From Polyangiales bacterium (GTDB lineage: Bacteria > Myxococcota_A > Polyangia > Polyangiales > Polyangiaceae), in assembly GCA_038230375.1 (NCBI GenBank), contig JBBRNJ010000009.1, forward strand, positions 32,001 through 96,000: DNA of 64,000 nucleotides, in the 5' to 3' direction. Numbering within the stretch: position 1 is the first letter of the stretch; each line of letters opens with the position of its first letter. Shown piece after piece: positions 1 through 9,277 of the stretch. A program made the translations under genes and the position numbers. The notes under the pieces were generated by a model. That model did not search any database. It was not told the origin of the DNA and saw only the letters and a list, made by a program, of their open reading frames with translations.

Positions 1-426
1 TCGAGTGAGGCCCTGGGCGTGCTCCTGCGGTATCCGTTCCCGGGCAACCTGCGCGAGCTGCGGAACACGATGGATCGCGCCGCCGTGCTCTCGGAGGGGG
101 GACCCGTGTATGCGGAGCACCTGCTGTTCGAGCCCGCGCGTGCGCTCGTCGTGAACACACCGAGCAACGCGTTCACGCCGATCAGCCTCTCGAGCCTGGA
201 GCCGCCGCCTCCAGCGCCCAGCGCCCCCGCGATGACCCCACCCCCGCGCGAGAACACGACAGGGCTGCGAGGACAGGTCGACGCGTTCGAGCGTGATCGC
301 ATCGTCGCCGCGCTCGCCCAGTGCAACGGCAACCAGACGCGCGCGGCCGAGGTGCTCGGCATCTCACGACGCACACTGGTGATGCGCATCGAGCAGTACC
401 GTCTCCCGCGTCCCCGCAAGCGCTGA
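1..426 (+). CDS. sigma54-dependent transcriptional activator (bEBP), C-terminal part; 5'-truncated by the window edge
   Basis: YPFPGNLRELRN (end of bEBP AAA+ domain) and a Fis-type HTH (GNQTRAAEVLGISRRTL). Confidence 0.85.
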   Translation, partial: SSEALGVLLRYPFPGNLRELRNTMDRAAVLSEGGPVYAEHLLFEPARALVVNTPSNAFTPISLSSLEPPPPAPSAPAMTPPPRENTTGLRGQVDAFERDRIVAALAQCNGNQTRAAEVLGISRRTLVMRIEQYRLPRPRKR

Positions 427-438
427 CCACGCGGACGG

Positions 439-480
439 ATTGCGCGAAGGCTTGCGCAATTCGTACCGTCGTTGCGCAAT
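439..480. promoter_or_regulatory. candidate enhancer (UAS) sites: TTGCGCAAT repeated 20 bp apart
   Basis: TTGCGCAAT at 452-460 and 472-480 (palindromic TTGCGCAA core), plus variant ATTGCGCGAA at 439-448, upstream of a sigma54-like motif. Confidence 0.45.
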
Positions 481-517
481 GCATGGCGCGGATCCCTGGA
501 ATTCGCGCTCTGCGCGG

Positions 518-533
518 TGGCACGCCCGTCGCA
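518..533 (+). promoter_or_regulatory. putative sigma54 (-24/-12) promoter
   Basis: TGGCACGCCCGTCGCA has GG-N10-GC spacing and lies just upstream of the kinase ATG at 550. Confidence 0.55.
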
Positions 534-549
534 CGAGAGAAGATCCCCC

Positions 550-1605
550 ATGAGCAACACCGAACCGCCCCCGAGCCGTCCGCCTCCGAAAGAGAGCGGC
601 ACCATGCCACGCGCGCCGCGCACGACCGACGTCCACGTAGGACGGTTCCGGATCGTCAGACGGCTCGGCGCCGGTGGAATGGCGACGGTTCACCTGGCGG
701 TCGCCGAGGGGGACGGCGGGTTCGAGAAATGGGTCGCGCTGAAGATCTGCTTGCCACACCTGGCGCGCGATCCCTTTGCGCAACGGCTCTTCCTGGAAGA
801 GGCGCGCATCGTGGGTCGCATCTCCCACCCGAACGTGGTGCAGGTGTACGAGGTTGGTTTCCACGAAGGCCTCTACTTCATCGTGATGGAGTACGCGGCG
901 GGACGCTCGCTCCGTCAGGTGTGGACGCGCGTCACGGACAGTGGCGGCAGGATGCCTCCGCCCATCGCCGCGCGCATCATCGCGGATGCTGCCGCCGGGC
1001 TACACGCCGCGCACGAGCTCCGGGACGACCACGGCTCACCGATGGGTGTCGTCCACCGCGACGTGACGCCGCACAACTTGATCGTCACGCACGACGGAAT
1101 CACCAAGGTGGTCGACTTCGGCGTGGCGCAGAGCAACTGCGGCCCCATGGTCCGCGATGCGGGCACCTTCAATGGGAAGATGGCGTACATGTCGCCGGAG
1201 CAAGCACGAGGCGACGTGCTCGACCGGCGCGTGGACGTTCACGCGCTGGGCATTGTCCTCTGGGAACTGGTGACTGGACGCCGGCTGTTCCGCGGCAAGA
1301 ACGACCTGGAGACCATCATCAACGTCCTCGACGGCAACATCCCGTTGCCCAGCTACCTGGTCCCATCGTGCGGAAAATCGATCGACCGCGTGGTGATGAA
1401 GGCGCTCTCGGGCAGCGCAAGCGAGCGCTATTCGACGACACTCGAGCTCGCGCGCTCGCTCTCGGAGGAGCGCCCCTTCGGTGGCGTCGTGGCCACGGCC
1501 CAAGGCGTGGCGGAGTACGTGGACACGCTCTTCCCGGAAGAGACCGCCGCGACGCGAGAGCTGCCCTACGGCGACGCGACTGTGCGACAGGCCGCGGCCA
1601 GGTGA
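550..1605 (+). CDS. Hanks-type Ser/Thr protein kinase
   Basis: GAGGMATV, VALK, HRDVTPHN, DFG, GKMAYMSPEQ. Start placed at ATG 550. Confidence 0.92.
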   Translation: MSNTEPPPSRPPPKESGTMPRAPRTTDVHVGRFRIVRRLGAGGMATVHLAVAEGDGGFEKWVALKICLPHLARDPFAQRLFLEEARIVGRISHPNVVQVYEVGFHEGLYFIVMEYAAGRSLRQVWTRVTDSGGRMPPPIAARIIADAAAGLHAAHELRDDHGSPMGVVHRDVTPHNLIVTHDGITKVVDFGVAQSNCGPMVRDAGTFNGKMAYMSPEQARGDVLDRRVDVHALGIVLWELVTGRRLFRGKNDLETIINVLDGNIPLPSYLVPSCGKSIDRVVMKALSGSASERYSTTLELARSLSEERPFGGVVATAQGVAEYVDTLFPEETAATRELPYGDATVRQAAAR

Positions 1606-2535
1606 TCAGCGGGCAAGGCCGCACGCAGCCCGCACCTTCGGCGAGGTGAGACGCGGGTCGCCAAGCCTGGTGAGGTCTGCGGATTTCGGGTCCGCGTTGG
1701 CGCGAAACGCCTCGCAAGCGCCCTTGGCCGCGCCGCCCGCGTCGAGCGCGACGTACGCGTCGAGGAGTGCGCGGTGCACAGTGGCGAGCTGCGAACGCGT
1801 GAGGTCCCCGGTGCCCATGAGGCGGTTGCCGCGGGCAACGACGTCCACGTACCGACCACCGCGCAGGTCCGAGAGCAGCGTTGGTAGCTCCGTGTCCGCG
1901 CGTTTCTGCGCGTCGTGCGAGACGCCGGTGCCTTCGCCCGTGGAGCTTGCGCGTCGCGCCTCTTCCTTGCCCGCCTGCGTGAGCTGGAGGTCGGGAAGCG
2001 GGAGCAGGATCACGTCACCAGCCTTCAGCTTGTTGTCGCCCTTCCGCGCATTGTACGCGTCAATGGCCCAGCCCAGGTTTGCGTCGCCCAGGTAGCGCTG
2101 GCAGAGCCCGCTCATCGTGTCGCCCTCGCCAGCGATGTAGGAGAGGACGGCGGGGATCTCGATCTCCTGTCCCTCCGTTGGCGGCACCCATGACACGCCC
2201 TGATTTGCCTTGGCGAGCGTCTCCGCGCGCTTGTCACTACCCAGGAAGCGGAGCGCCAGCTGCGCCCATGTCTCGCCCGCCTCCACGCGATAGTGCCCAG
2301 GCGCCATGATCTCCAGGCGCATTCCTGGCACGATCACGCTTCCGCCCTTTGCATCGAGCGAGTTTGCGCCCACGAGCACGGTCTCCAGCTTCGGGTTGCC
2401 GTATACGCGCAGGGCGATCTGAGCGAGCGTCTCGCCTTGCGTCACCATGTGGATGTAGGCATGCGCCGGCGAGGCAAGCGCAAGCGTTGCGATGCATGTG
2501 CAACCTACAAGTACTCTGCGGGCGACGATGTTCAC
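1606..2535 (-). CDS. secreted multi-LysM domain protein
   Basis: Signal peptide ending AHA; three LysM-like repeats (VTQGETLAQIA, VEAGETWAQLA, GEGDTMSGLC); helical C-terminus. Start inferred at GTG 2535. Confidence 0.8.
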   Translation of the reverse strand: MNIVARRVLVGCTCIATLALASPAHAYIHMVTQGETLAQIALRVYGNPKLETVLVGANSLDAKGGSVIVPGMRLEIMAPGHYRVEAGETWAQLALRFLGSDKRAETLAKANQGVSWVPPTEGQEIEIPAVLSYIAGEGDTMSGLCQRYLGDANLGWAIDAYNARKGDNKLKAGDVILLPLPDLQLTQAGKEEARRASSTGEGTGVSHDAQKRADTELPTLLSDLRGGRYVDVVARGNRLMGTGDLTRSQLATVHRALLDAYVALDAGGAAKGACEAFRANADPKSADLTRLGDPRLTSPKVRAACGLAR

Positions 2536-2609
2536 GGAGTCACGATCCCTATAGAGCAAACGTTGGTGGGATGGAACGAGCGCGTACGCCACGCTTTGAT
2601 ATCCTGGAG

Positions 2610-3407
2610 ATGGTGCAACGGGAGCTGACTTGCGAGCGATGCGTGGTTCCTCTGCGCGCAGAGGACGTGGACGTGGTCCGCGACGCCGGGATCTGTCCGC
2701 GATGCGGTGACCTCGTGAGAGGTGCCACCGTGCGCGAGGTCGGCTATCGCGCGCTGGCGTCGTTGCCTGGAGAAGAGGACGCTGCTCCATCCTCCGCCTC
2801 GCCGCCGTCATCTCATCGTGCATCGTCGCGCAGCCTGTCGTGGTGGTCCGAGATGCCGCAGCTGGACGGCGGCGTGTGCGTTCGGGTCACGAGCGACTCG
2901 CATGCCCTCATGCCGAAGCTCTTCGCTGGCCTGCTCTTCCTGCTGCTGGGCACGGGCGTCGTGGGCACTCTGCTCGGCTCGGCCGGCGCGCGGCCGGCGC
3001 CGTTCCTGGTGCTCCTGGGTCTGGGCTGCGCAGTTGGTGGAGGTGTGACGCTCGGCCGCAGCCTCTGGCGCGTGGGCCAGACGGCCACGTTCGTGTTCCG
3101 CGGAGAGGAGATGGTGTACACCGCGGGCCCGACGAGCCGCGCCCTTCCCACGTGCGATGTGCTGCGCTTTCGCCCGCGCATGGCGGGCCTGGGTGCCGCC
3201 ACGATGCGCGTCACGGAGCGCATGTACACGGTGGAGATCGTCACCTCGTCACAGGTGGTGGTGGTGCCGCTGGTGTTGACTGGCGAGCAACGCGTGCACG
3301 CCCTGGCGGCGCGCCTCGATTCGTTGCTGCGTACGACGCAGGCTAGCGCTTACCCTCGTCTCCAAGACGCATCGTCACATCCAGCTGCACCGTCTCCCCC
3401 GTCGTGA
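2610..3407 (+). CDS. hypothetical membrane protein with N-terminal zinc ribbon
   Basis: CERC...CPRC, two hydrophobic helices, GGAG before ATG 2610. The 3' end overlaps the convergent kinase gene. Confidence 0.55.
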   Translation: MVQRELTCERCVVPLRAEDVDVVRDAGICPRCGDLVRGATVREVGYRALASLPGEEDAAPSSASPPSSHRASSRSLSWWSEMPQLDGGVCVRVTSDSHALMPKLFAGLLFLLLGTGVVGTLLGSAGARPAPFLVLLGLGCAVGGGVTLGRSLWRVGQTATFVFRGEEMVYTAGPTSRALPTCDVLRFRPRMAGLGAATMRVTERMYTVEIVTSSQVVVVPLVLTGEQRVHALAARLDSLLRTTQASAYPRLQDASSHPAAPSPPS

Positions 3408-4695
3408 TCTCCACCGTGCGCTTCTCTTCTGGAGCATCGGGATGCTTCAGCGTGACGAAGTGTGTTCCCGCGGCCAGTGGCACAGCACGCGCGAACGGCG
3501 TCACCTCGACGCGCTGACCGTCGACCCACACCTCTGCCCAGGGCACCGCCAGCACACGAAGCCCGCCTGCCTCTGCGGGCGAGAGCGGCAGCGCCCGAGC
3601 TCCCGTGGAGAGCAGCTTCTGCTCCTTCTGCGAGGTCAGCTGGATGAGCGCGCCTGCGCTGACAAAGGCAACACCCACCATCGCAAACGCGCCATAAGAC
3701 AGCCATGGGCGCTCCCGCGTCGTGCGGGTGGTGCGGTCATCCAGCCGCCGACCGTCGTCCTTCACCAGCGTCGCCTCGATCAGCGCGCGGCGGATGAGGC
3801 GGGCGTGCGCCTCCTTGCTCGGGCCACGCGCGTAGGGCTCCAGGAGCTCGCGCACGACGGCGGCGTCACTGTAGCGATCGTCGGAGCGACGCTCGAGCAG
3901 GCGCATCACCACGTTGTCCAGCCCGCGCGGCAGCTCCTTGGTGCGCGCCGATAGCGGCACGGGCGCGTCGCGTCGTGCGCGTGAGGCATCGTGCCGTCGC
4001 TCGTCGCCGGCCTTGGCGCCTGCTTCGACATCGGGCCGGAGCCCCGAAAGCATGCGGTAGAGAACCACCCCCAGCGAGTAGAGATCGCTCCGCGGGTCCA
4101 CGTGTTCACCGAGCACCTGCTCCGGAGACATGTACGCCGGCGCGCCGAAGGACTCCTTGTGCAACGTCTCGCCCTGCTCGTCGATCACGAGCGGCTCGTT
4201 CGCGCTCGGTAGCTTGTCACGCTGCGCGATCCCGAAGTCCACGATCTTCACGTCACCGCGCTTCGCGAGCAGGATGTTCTCCGGCTTGATGTCGCGATGA
4301 ACGACGCCACGCGCGTGTGCGTGCTCCAGCCCGGACAGGACCTCGCACGCGATGGCGCACGCCACGTCGACGCGGAGCGCGCGCTTGCGCCGGAGCAGCT
4401 CACGAAGCGAGAACCCATCCACGCGCTCCAGCACCAGGAAGGTACGGCCCGCGCCGTGCTCCGCCTTCTTGAAGTCGATGAGGAGCACCACGTTGGGATG
4501 CGACATCTCGGCAAGAATCCGCGCCTCCCGCTCCAGCTGCGCGGCGAACGAGGACGTCGGTGGGATGCTCGCCTTCAGCGCCTTCAGCACGACCTCGCGC
4601 CCCGTCGCCTCGTGCACCGCGCGATAGAGCGAGGACACCGCGCCGGAGCCAAGGGCGCCTTCGAGCTTGTATCCCTCGAGGCGGACCTCACTCAT
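3343..4695 (-). CDS. membrane Ser/Thr protein kinase with C-terminal PEGA-like domain
   Basis: HRDIKPEN, DFG, YMSPEQ, a TM helix, then PWAEVWVDG...TP...GTH. Confidence 0.9.
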   Translation of the reverse strand: MSEVRLEGYKLEGALGSGAVSSLYRAVHEATGREVVLKALKASIPPTSSFAAQLEREARILAEMSHPNVVLLIDFKKAEHGAGRTFLVLERVDGFSLRELLRRKRALRVDVACAIACEVLSGLEHAHARGVVHRDIKPENILLAKRGDVKIVDFGIAQRDKLPSANEPLVIDEQGETLHKESFGAPAYMSPEQVLGEHVDPRSDLYSLGVVLYRMLSGLRPDVEAGAKAGDERRHDASRARRDAPVPLSARTKELPRGLDNVVMRLLERRSDDRYSDAAVVRELLEPYARGPSKEAHARLIRRALIEATLVKDDGRRLDDRTTRTTRERPWLSYGAFAMVGVAFVSAGALIQLTSQKEQKLLSTGARALPLSPAEAGGLRVLAVPWAEVWVDGQRVEVTPFARAVPLAAGTHFVTLKHPDAPEEKRTVEITTGETVQLDVTMRLGDEGKR

Positions 4696-6257
4696 GTGGG
4701 CGCGGCGATCGGCGCGGACGGCTGCCGGACGAAGAGCGACTCGCCCGTCATCGCCGCAGGCTTGTCGAGACCGAGCAGCGTGAGCATGGAGGGCGCCACG
4801 TCGCAGATGCGCCCGCCGCTACGGAGCGTCACGTCGCGATCGGACTCGTTCACGTACACGAGCGGCACGGGGTTCAGCGTGTGGGACGTGTGCGGATTGC
4901 CGGTCTCCGGATCCTTCATCAGCTCGCAGTTGCCGTGGTCTGCCGTGATGATGACAGCGCCGCCCTTCGCGAGGGCCGCGCGCACGATGCGTCCAATGCC
5001 AACATCCACCGCCTCCACGGCGTGCGTGGCCGCGTCGAGCATTCCCGTGTGCCCGACCATGTCCGGGTTCGCAAAGTTCACGAGCACGAAGTCGAACGCG
5101 TCCTTCTCGATGGCGGTCACCACGGCGTCCGCCACGCCCTTCGCGCTCATCTCCGGCTTCAGATCGTAGGTGGCGACCTCTTTCGGCGAAGGAATCATCG
5201 CGCGCTCCTCGCCCTCGAACGGCTCCTCGCGCCCGCCGTTGAAGAAGTAGGTGATGTGCGCGTACTTCTCGGTCTCCGCGCAGCGGAACTGCGTGAGCTT
5301 TGCGCGCGCGAGCAGCTCCGGGAAGATGTCCGGATAGCGCTCCTTCGGGAACGCGATGGGGAGGCCCAGCGTGGAGTCGTAAAGGGTCATGCACGCGAAT
5401 GCGGAGAACGGTGCGCCGCTCCTGCGCGCGAACGAATCGAAGTCCTTCATTGCCAGAGCACGCGTGAGCTCGCGCGCGCGGTCCGGGCGGAAGTTGAAAT
5501 GAAGGCCGGCGTCCTTCTCGGCGTCCACGCCTGCGTAGCCGTCGACCACGAACGGCTCCACGAACTCGTCGGTCTTTCCCGCCGCGTACGAGAGCTCGAC
5601 GCCGGCGTTCGCGGTCGTGTGCTTCGGCGCGTCTGCGTACGCGATCGCGTTGTACGCCTTCTCGACGCGCTCCCAGCGGTTATCGCGATCCATGCCCCAG
5701 TAACGCCCGCAGACCGTGCCGATCACGCCCTTGCCGTGAAGCGCATCCGAGAGCGCGGCGAGGTACTTCGGCGCGGTGCCTGGCTGCACGTCCCGTCCGT
5801 CGAGGAATGCGTGGATGACCACGGGCACGCCGGTAGCGTGCGCAGTGCCGATGATCGAGATCAGATGCGTGAGCAGGCTGTGCACGCCACCATCCGAGAC
5901 CAGGCCGAACAGATGGAGCCGACCGCCGCGGCTCTTTGCGGAGGCAAGGACGTCCGCGATCACCTGATTTTTCCCGAGCGAACCGTCGTGCACGGCGTTG
6001 TCGATACGCGAGATGTCCATCATGGCGATGCGACCCGCACCAAAGTTCAGGTGCCCTACCTCGCTGTTGCCCATCTGCCCGGGCGGCAGGCCCACGTCGG
6101 GACCGCTCGTACCGATGAGCGTGTGCGGGTAGCGCGCGTTCAGTGCGTCGAGCTCGGGTGTCTTGGCCATACGCACTGCGTTGTCGGCCTTCTCCGCGCG
6201 CTCGCCGAAGCCGTCGAGGATCATCAGCACCAGTGGCCTGGGCGCTCTCGTCTGCAT
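4692..6257 (-). CDS. gpmI: 2,3-bisphosphoglycerate-independent phosphoglycerate mutase
   Basis: ILDGFG, GQMGNSEVGH, DGGVHS, DGRD, AETEKYAH, NPDMVGHTG, TADHGN. Confidence 0.97.
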   Translation of the reverse strand: MQTRAPRPLVLMILDGFGERAEKADNAVRMAKTPELDALNARYPHTLIGTSGPDVGLPPGQMGNSEVGHLNFGAGRIAMMDISRIDNAVHDGSLGKNQVIADVLASAKSRGGRLHLFGLVSDGGVHSLLTHLISIIGTAHATGVPVVIHAFLDGRDVQPGTAPKYLAALSDALHGKGVIGTVCGRYWGMDRDNRWERVEKAYNAIAYADAPKHTTANAGVELSYAAGKTDEFVEPFVVDGYAGVDAEKDAGLHFNFRPDRARELTRALAMKDFDSFARRSGAPFSAFACMTLYDSTLGLPIAFPKERYPDIFPELLARAKLTQFRCAETEKYAHITYFFNGGREEPFEGEERAMIPSPKEVATYDLKPEMSAKGVADAVVTAIEKDAFDFVLVNFANPDMVGHTGMLDAATHAVEAVDVGIGRIVRAALAKGGAVIITADHGNCELMKDPETGNPHTSHTLNPVPLVYVNESDRDVTLRSGGRICDVAPSMLTLLGLDKPAAMTGESLFVRQPSAPIAAPT

Positions 6258-6316
6258 GTGGTTCGGTTCTCTCTTTTAGGCTCGCGCCGGGCGGGCAAAC
6301 GCGCCTAGTTTCTAGC

Positions 6317-7030
6317 ATGCCCTGGATCAAGGCGACACTGCGCGGACAGACCGTGATGGCGCGCGCAGACGCGGCGGGAAACCTTGCGCCGGGCGCGGAT
6401 GGCCGCGTCGAGATCCGCTACAAGCCGATGGACGGGAAGGCGTACTTCGCCGCGCGCGCAAACCTGGAGGCGCAGCCGGGCACCGTGCTGCCCGACGAGA
6501 CGTGCGGCCCCGCGGAGTCCCCCGCCCCCAAGGACGCGAGCGCGTCGAAGAGCGGCGGCAAGGGCAGCAAGGGCGGCGCGAAAGGCGGCGGCGCACCCGC
6601 GATCCCGATCCCGAAGGACGCGTTCATCGCGTACGCGGATGGCGCGTGCGCGGGCAACCCAGGGCCGTGCGGACTGGGCGTGGTCATCATCTCCCCCGAC
6701 GGCAAGATGCGCGAGGGCTACGAGTATCTTGGCGAGGGAACGAACAACATCGCCGAGCTCAGCGCCGTGATGCGTGCGGTGGAGGCAGTGCCAAGGGACG
6801 CGCCACAGCTGGTCATCCACACGGACAGCCAGTACTCGATCGGCGTGCTCTCGAAGGGCTGGAAGGCGAAGGCGAACCAGGCGCTGATCCTGGAGGCGAA
6901 GAAGGCGCTCGCGAGCTATGGCAAGGCGCGCCTCGTCTACGTCCCTGGCCACTCGGGCGTGCCCCTGAACGAGCGCGCCGACGAGCTCGCCCGCGAAGCC
7001 GTGAAGACGCGGGGCAAGCAGTCTCTCTAG
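6317..7030 (+). CDS. rnhA: ribonuclease HI with extra N-terminal domain
   Basis: YADGACAGNPG, TNNIAEL, TDSQY, GHSG..NERAD carry all RNase HI catalytic acids. Confidence 0.9.
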   Translation: MPWIKATLRGQTVMARADAAGNLAPGADGRVEIRYKPMDGKAYFAARANLEAQPGTVLPDETCGPAESPAPKDASASKSGGKGSKGGAKGGGAPAIPIPKDAFIAYADGACAGNPGPCGLGVVIISPDGKMREGYEYLGEGTNNIAELSAVMRAVEAVPRDAPQLVIHTDSQYSIGVLSKGWKAKANQALILEAKKALASYGKARLVYVPGHSGVPLNERADELAREAVKTRGKQSL

Positions 7031-7118
7031 CAACGGCAGGCGTGAGCCCACGAATGCCGTGCACGTTGTCGTTGGTTGAGCTAGACCGGCCACGCGTTTC
7101 CGCACGAAGGAGTTTCCT

Positions 7119-8591
7119 ATGGACCGTCGCAGTCTGCTGTTGTTCGTTGTTCCGGTGCTGGCGTTGGCTGCGGTCCACGGCTGTGTGGGCGACTCAGCGA
7201 TCACCGCGGGCGCGGACGGCGGGCAGGACGCCTCGGTCGCGGAGGGCGGAAACACCACGGACGGGCAGAGCCCGCAGGCAGACGCCGGCGCGGATGCAGC
7301 CATGGTCACCGACGGCGGGGCAGATAGCGGACCGCAGTGCATCTACGTGACGGATGCGGGCGGCGGCGGCACGCTCGATCAGTCGTTTGCAAACGTGACG
7401 CACACCGAGGCGGTCAGCGTGGTCAGTGGCGACGTGGACTCCGCTGGCAACACCTTCGTGGTGGGTGCGCCCACCAACTGCCTGAGCGCCAGCTCCGACT
7501 ACGACTTCGCCGTCTACAAGTACGGCCCCACCGGCGCGGCGGACAACAGCTTTGGAACCGCAGGCCGCGCGTGCGCCGGCGTCGCGAATACCGCCAGCGT
7601 AGGGTCAGAGCGACCTTACGGATTGCGGGTGGATCCGGCGGGAAACATCGTGGTGGTCGGCACCACGGGCAATGGCGGCTTCAACCCAGTGCAGATCGTC
7701 GTCGCGCGCTTCAAGCCCACCGGCCAGCTGGATGCGACGTTCGCGACCAACGGCGTCTACAGCGTTGCGGTGGCAGGAACCACGTTCCCCACCGCCTATA
7801 CGGTCGCATTCGACACGAGCGTCAGCCCGCCCAAGCTCTTGGTCGTCGGCGCAGACGGCGATCCATTCAAGGCGAACACGGCCGCCTTCGTCCTCAGGCT
7901 CACGGCCACGGGCCAGGCCGACAACGGCTTCAATGGCGGTGCGCCCATCGTGGACACGAACGCCACGGGCTACTACGGGGTCACGGCGGACGGCGCCGGC
8001 AACGTGTTCACCACAGGCTCTGCCAAACCGAACCGTGATCTCATTGTGTCCAAGTGGACGCCCGGCGGCACCGCCGCTGTGTTCGGCACCAGCGGCAAGG
8101 CGACGCTGAGCAGCGTTTCCACTGCCACGGGTGGCGGCATGGCCTTCAGCGAAGGTCGCGACGTCCATGTGCTGTCAGACGGGAAGCTCATCATCGCGGG
8201 TCTGCAGGAGGCGGAGCAAGGTCCCGTGTTCGTGGCGAAGTTGACCGCGGCCGGTGCGCTGGATACGTCCTTCGCAGCCACCAGTGCGATCAAAGGCGTG
8301 CTCATGCTGCCCAACGTGATCCTGAACACGGACTACGAGTTCTCCATCATGCGCACGCGTTGCGATGGCAAGCTCCTGGTGACGGGGTCCGTCGGGGTTG
8401 GACAGTCGTATGCCGTTGCGGCACGGGTCATAGGCACCGGCGCACTGGACGCGTTCGGTGACGCCGGCATGGCGGTGTCGAGCGTCGTTGGCCTTGGCGT
8501 GGGCGTGGGAGAGGATCCCACGAGCGGCCGCATCCTGCTCATGGCTCGCAACGGCCTTGGACAGCTGCAGCTCGAACGCTACCAGCCCTGA
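7119..8591 (+). CDS. lipoprotein with delta-60-like beta-propeller repeats
   Basis: Lipobox VHGC; repeated G.LD.SF/D.TF motifs (GTLDQSF, ADNSFG, GQLDATF, ADNGF, GALDTSF); AAGGAG RBS. Confidence 0.75.
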   Translation: MDRRSLLLFVVPVLALAAVHGCVGDSAITAGADGGQDASVAEGGNTTDGQSPQADAGADAAMVTDGGADSGPQCIYVTDAGGGGTLDQSFANVTHTEAVSVVSGDVDSAGNTFVVGAPTNCLSASSDYDFAVYKYGPTGAADNSFGTAGRACAGVANTASVGSERPYGLRVDPAGNIVVVGTTGNGGFNPVQIVVARFKPTGQLDATFATNGVYSVAVAGTTFPTAYTVAFDTSVSPPKLLVVGADGDPFKANTAAFVLRLTATGQADNGFNGGAPIVDTNATGYYGVTADGAGNVFTTGSAKPNRDLIVSKWTPGGTAAVFGTSGKATLSSVSTATGGGMAFSEGRDVHVLSDGKLIIAGLQEAEQGPVFVAKLTAAGALDTSFAATSAIKGVLMLPNVILNTDYEFSIMRTRCDGKLLVTGSVGVGQSYAVAARVIGTGALDAFGDAGMAVSSVVGLGVGVGEDPTSGRILLMARNGLGQLQLERYQP

Positions 8592-8604
8592 TTCGACGGG
8601 AGCG

Positions 8605-9219
8605 CTACTGCGCGGGCGTGGTGGAGGAGGCGGGAACGGGCGCGTCCGCCTTCGCGCCGGCCTTGCCGCGGCCTCGAGTGCGTGTAGGCTGCACGCAACG
8701 CTCCGAGCAGCGAATGGTGGACGGACCGGAGTACGCTCCGTCGGGGAGCGGCCGCGATACGCCGGTGATGCAGCTGTCGTACATCTCGTAGCCGCGCGCG
8801 TCGACGCCAACGTCCGTGACCTCTCCCTTGAAGTTCACGCGCACGTTCAAGACGGGCGACGAACGGCGACGTGACCAGCCGCTACCGCCGATGCACTGCT
8901 GGATGCCACCCATGGTGGTGGCGAAGGCGCCGTGCAGGCGCTGCTGCTCGTCCGCGGCGACCGGAAGGCTGGAGGCTCCATCCGCGATGAAGCACTCGAA
9001 CGGGCACGATGACCCAGTCGCCGTCACCTGTTGCGGTGGAGGCGAGGTCACCTGCTGCGGCGCGGTGGACGTGGTCTGCGGCGAGCTGCTTCCCCTGTCG
9101 CTCATGTCGCCAGAGGCTTCGCCTTTCATGTCGCCGCTGGTGTTCGCTTTGGCGGAGACGCTTGCGTTGGCCTGACACGCGGCAAGGAGCGTGAGCACGA
9201 GGATGGGCGAGAGGCGCAT
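8605..9219 (-). CDS. hypothetical Cys-containing lipoprotein
   Basis: MRLSPILVLTLLAAC lipobox, S/T/Q-rich linker, C-terminal domain with several Cys. Confidence 0.65.
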   Translation of the reverse strand: MRLSPILVLTLLAACQANASVSAKANTSGDMKGEASGDMSDRGSSSPQTTSTAPQQVTSPPPQQVTATGSSCPFECFIADGASSLPVAADEQQRLHGAFATTMGGIQQCIGGSGWSRRRSSPVLNVRVNFKGEVTDVGVDARGYEMYDSCITGVSRPLPDGAYSGPSTIRCSERCVQPTRTRGRGKAGAKADAPVPASSTTPAQ

Positions 9220-9277
9220 GTTCAATGCAGGATACACCCCTCCCGCGCGCTGCCAAAGAAACGCGCTTTCGGGCCTG

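Noticed and set aside
3343..4695. Possible pseudokinase (GAPAY instead of GTPxY)
   Set aside because: The catalytic Lys, HRD and DFG are intact; one substitution is insufficient evidence.
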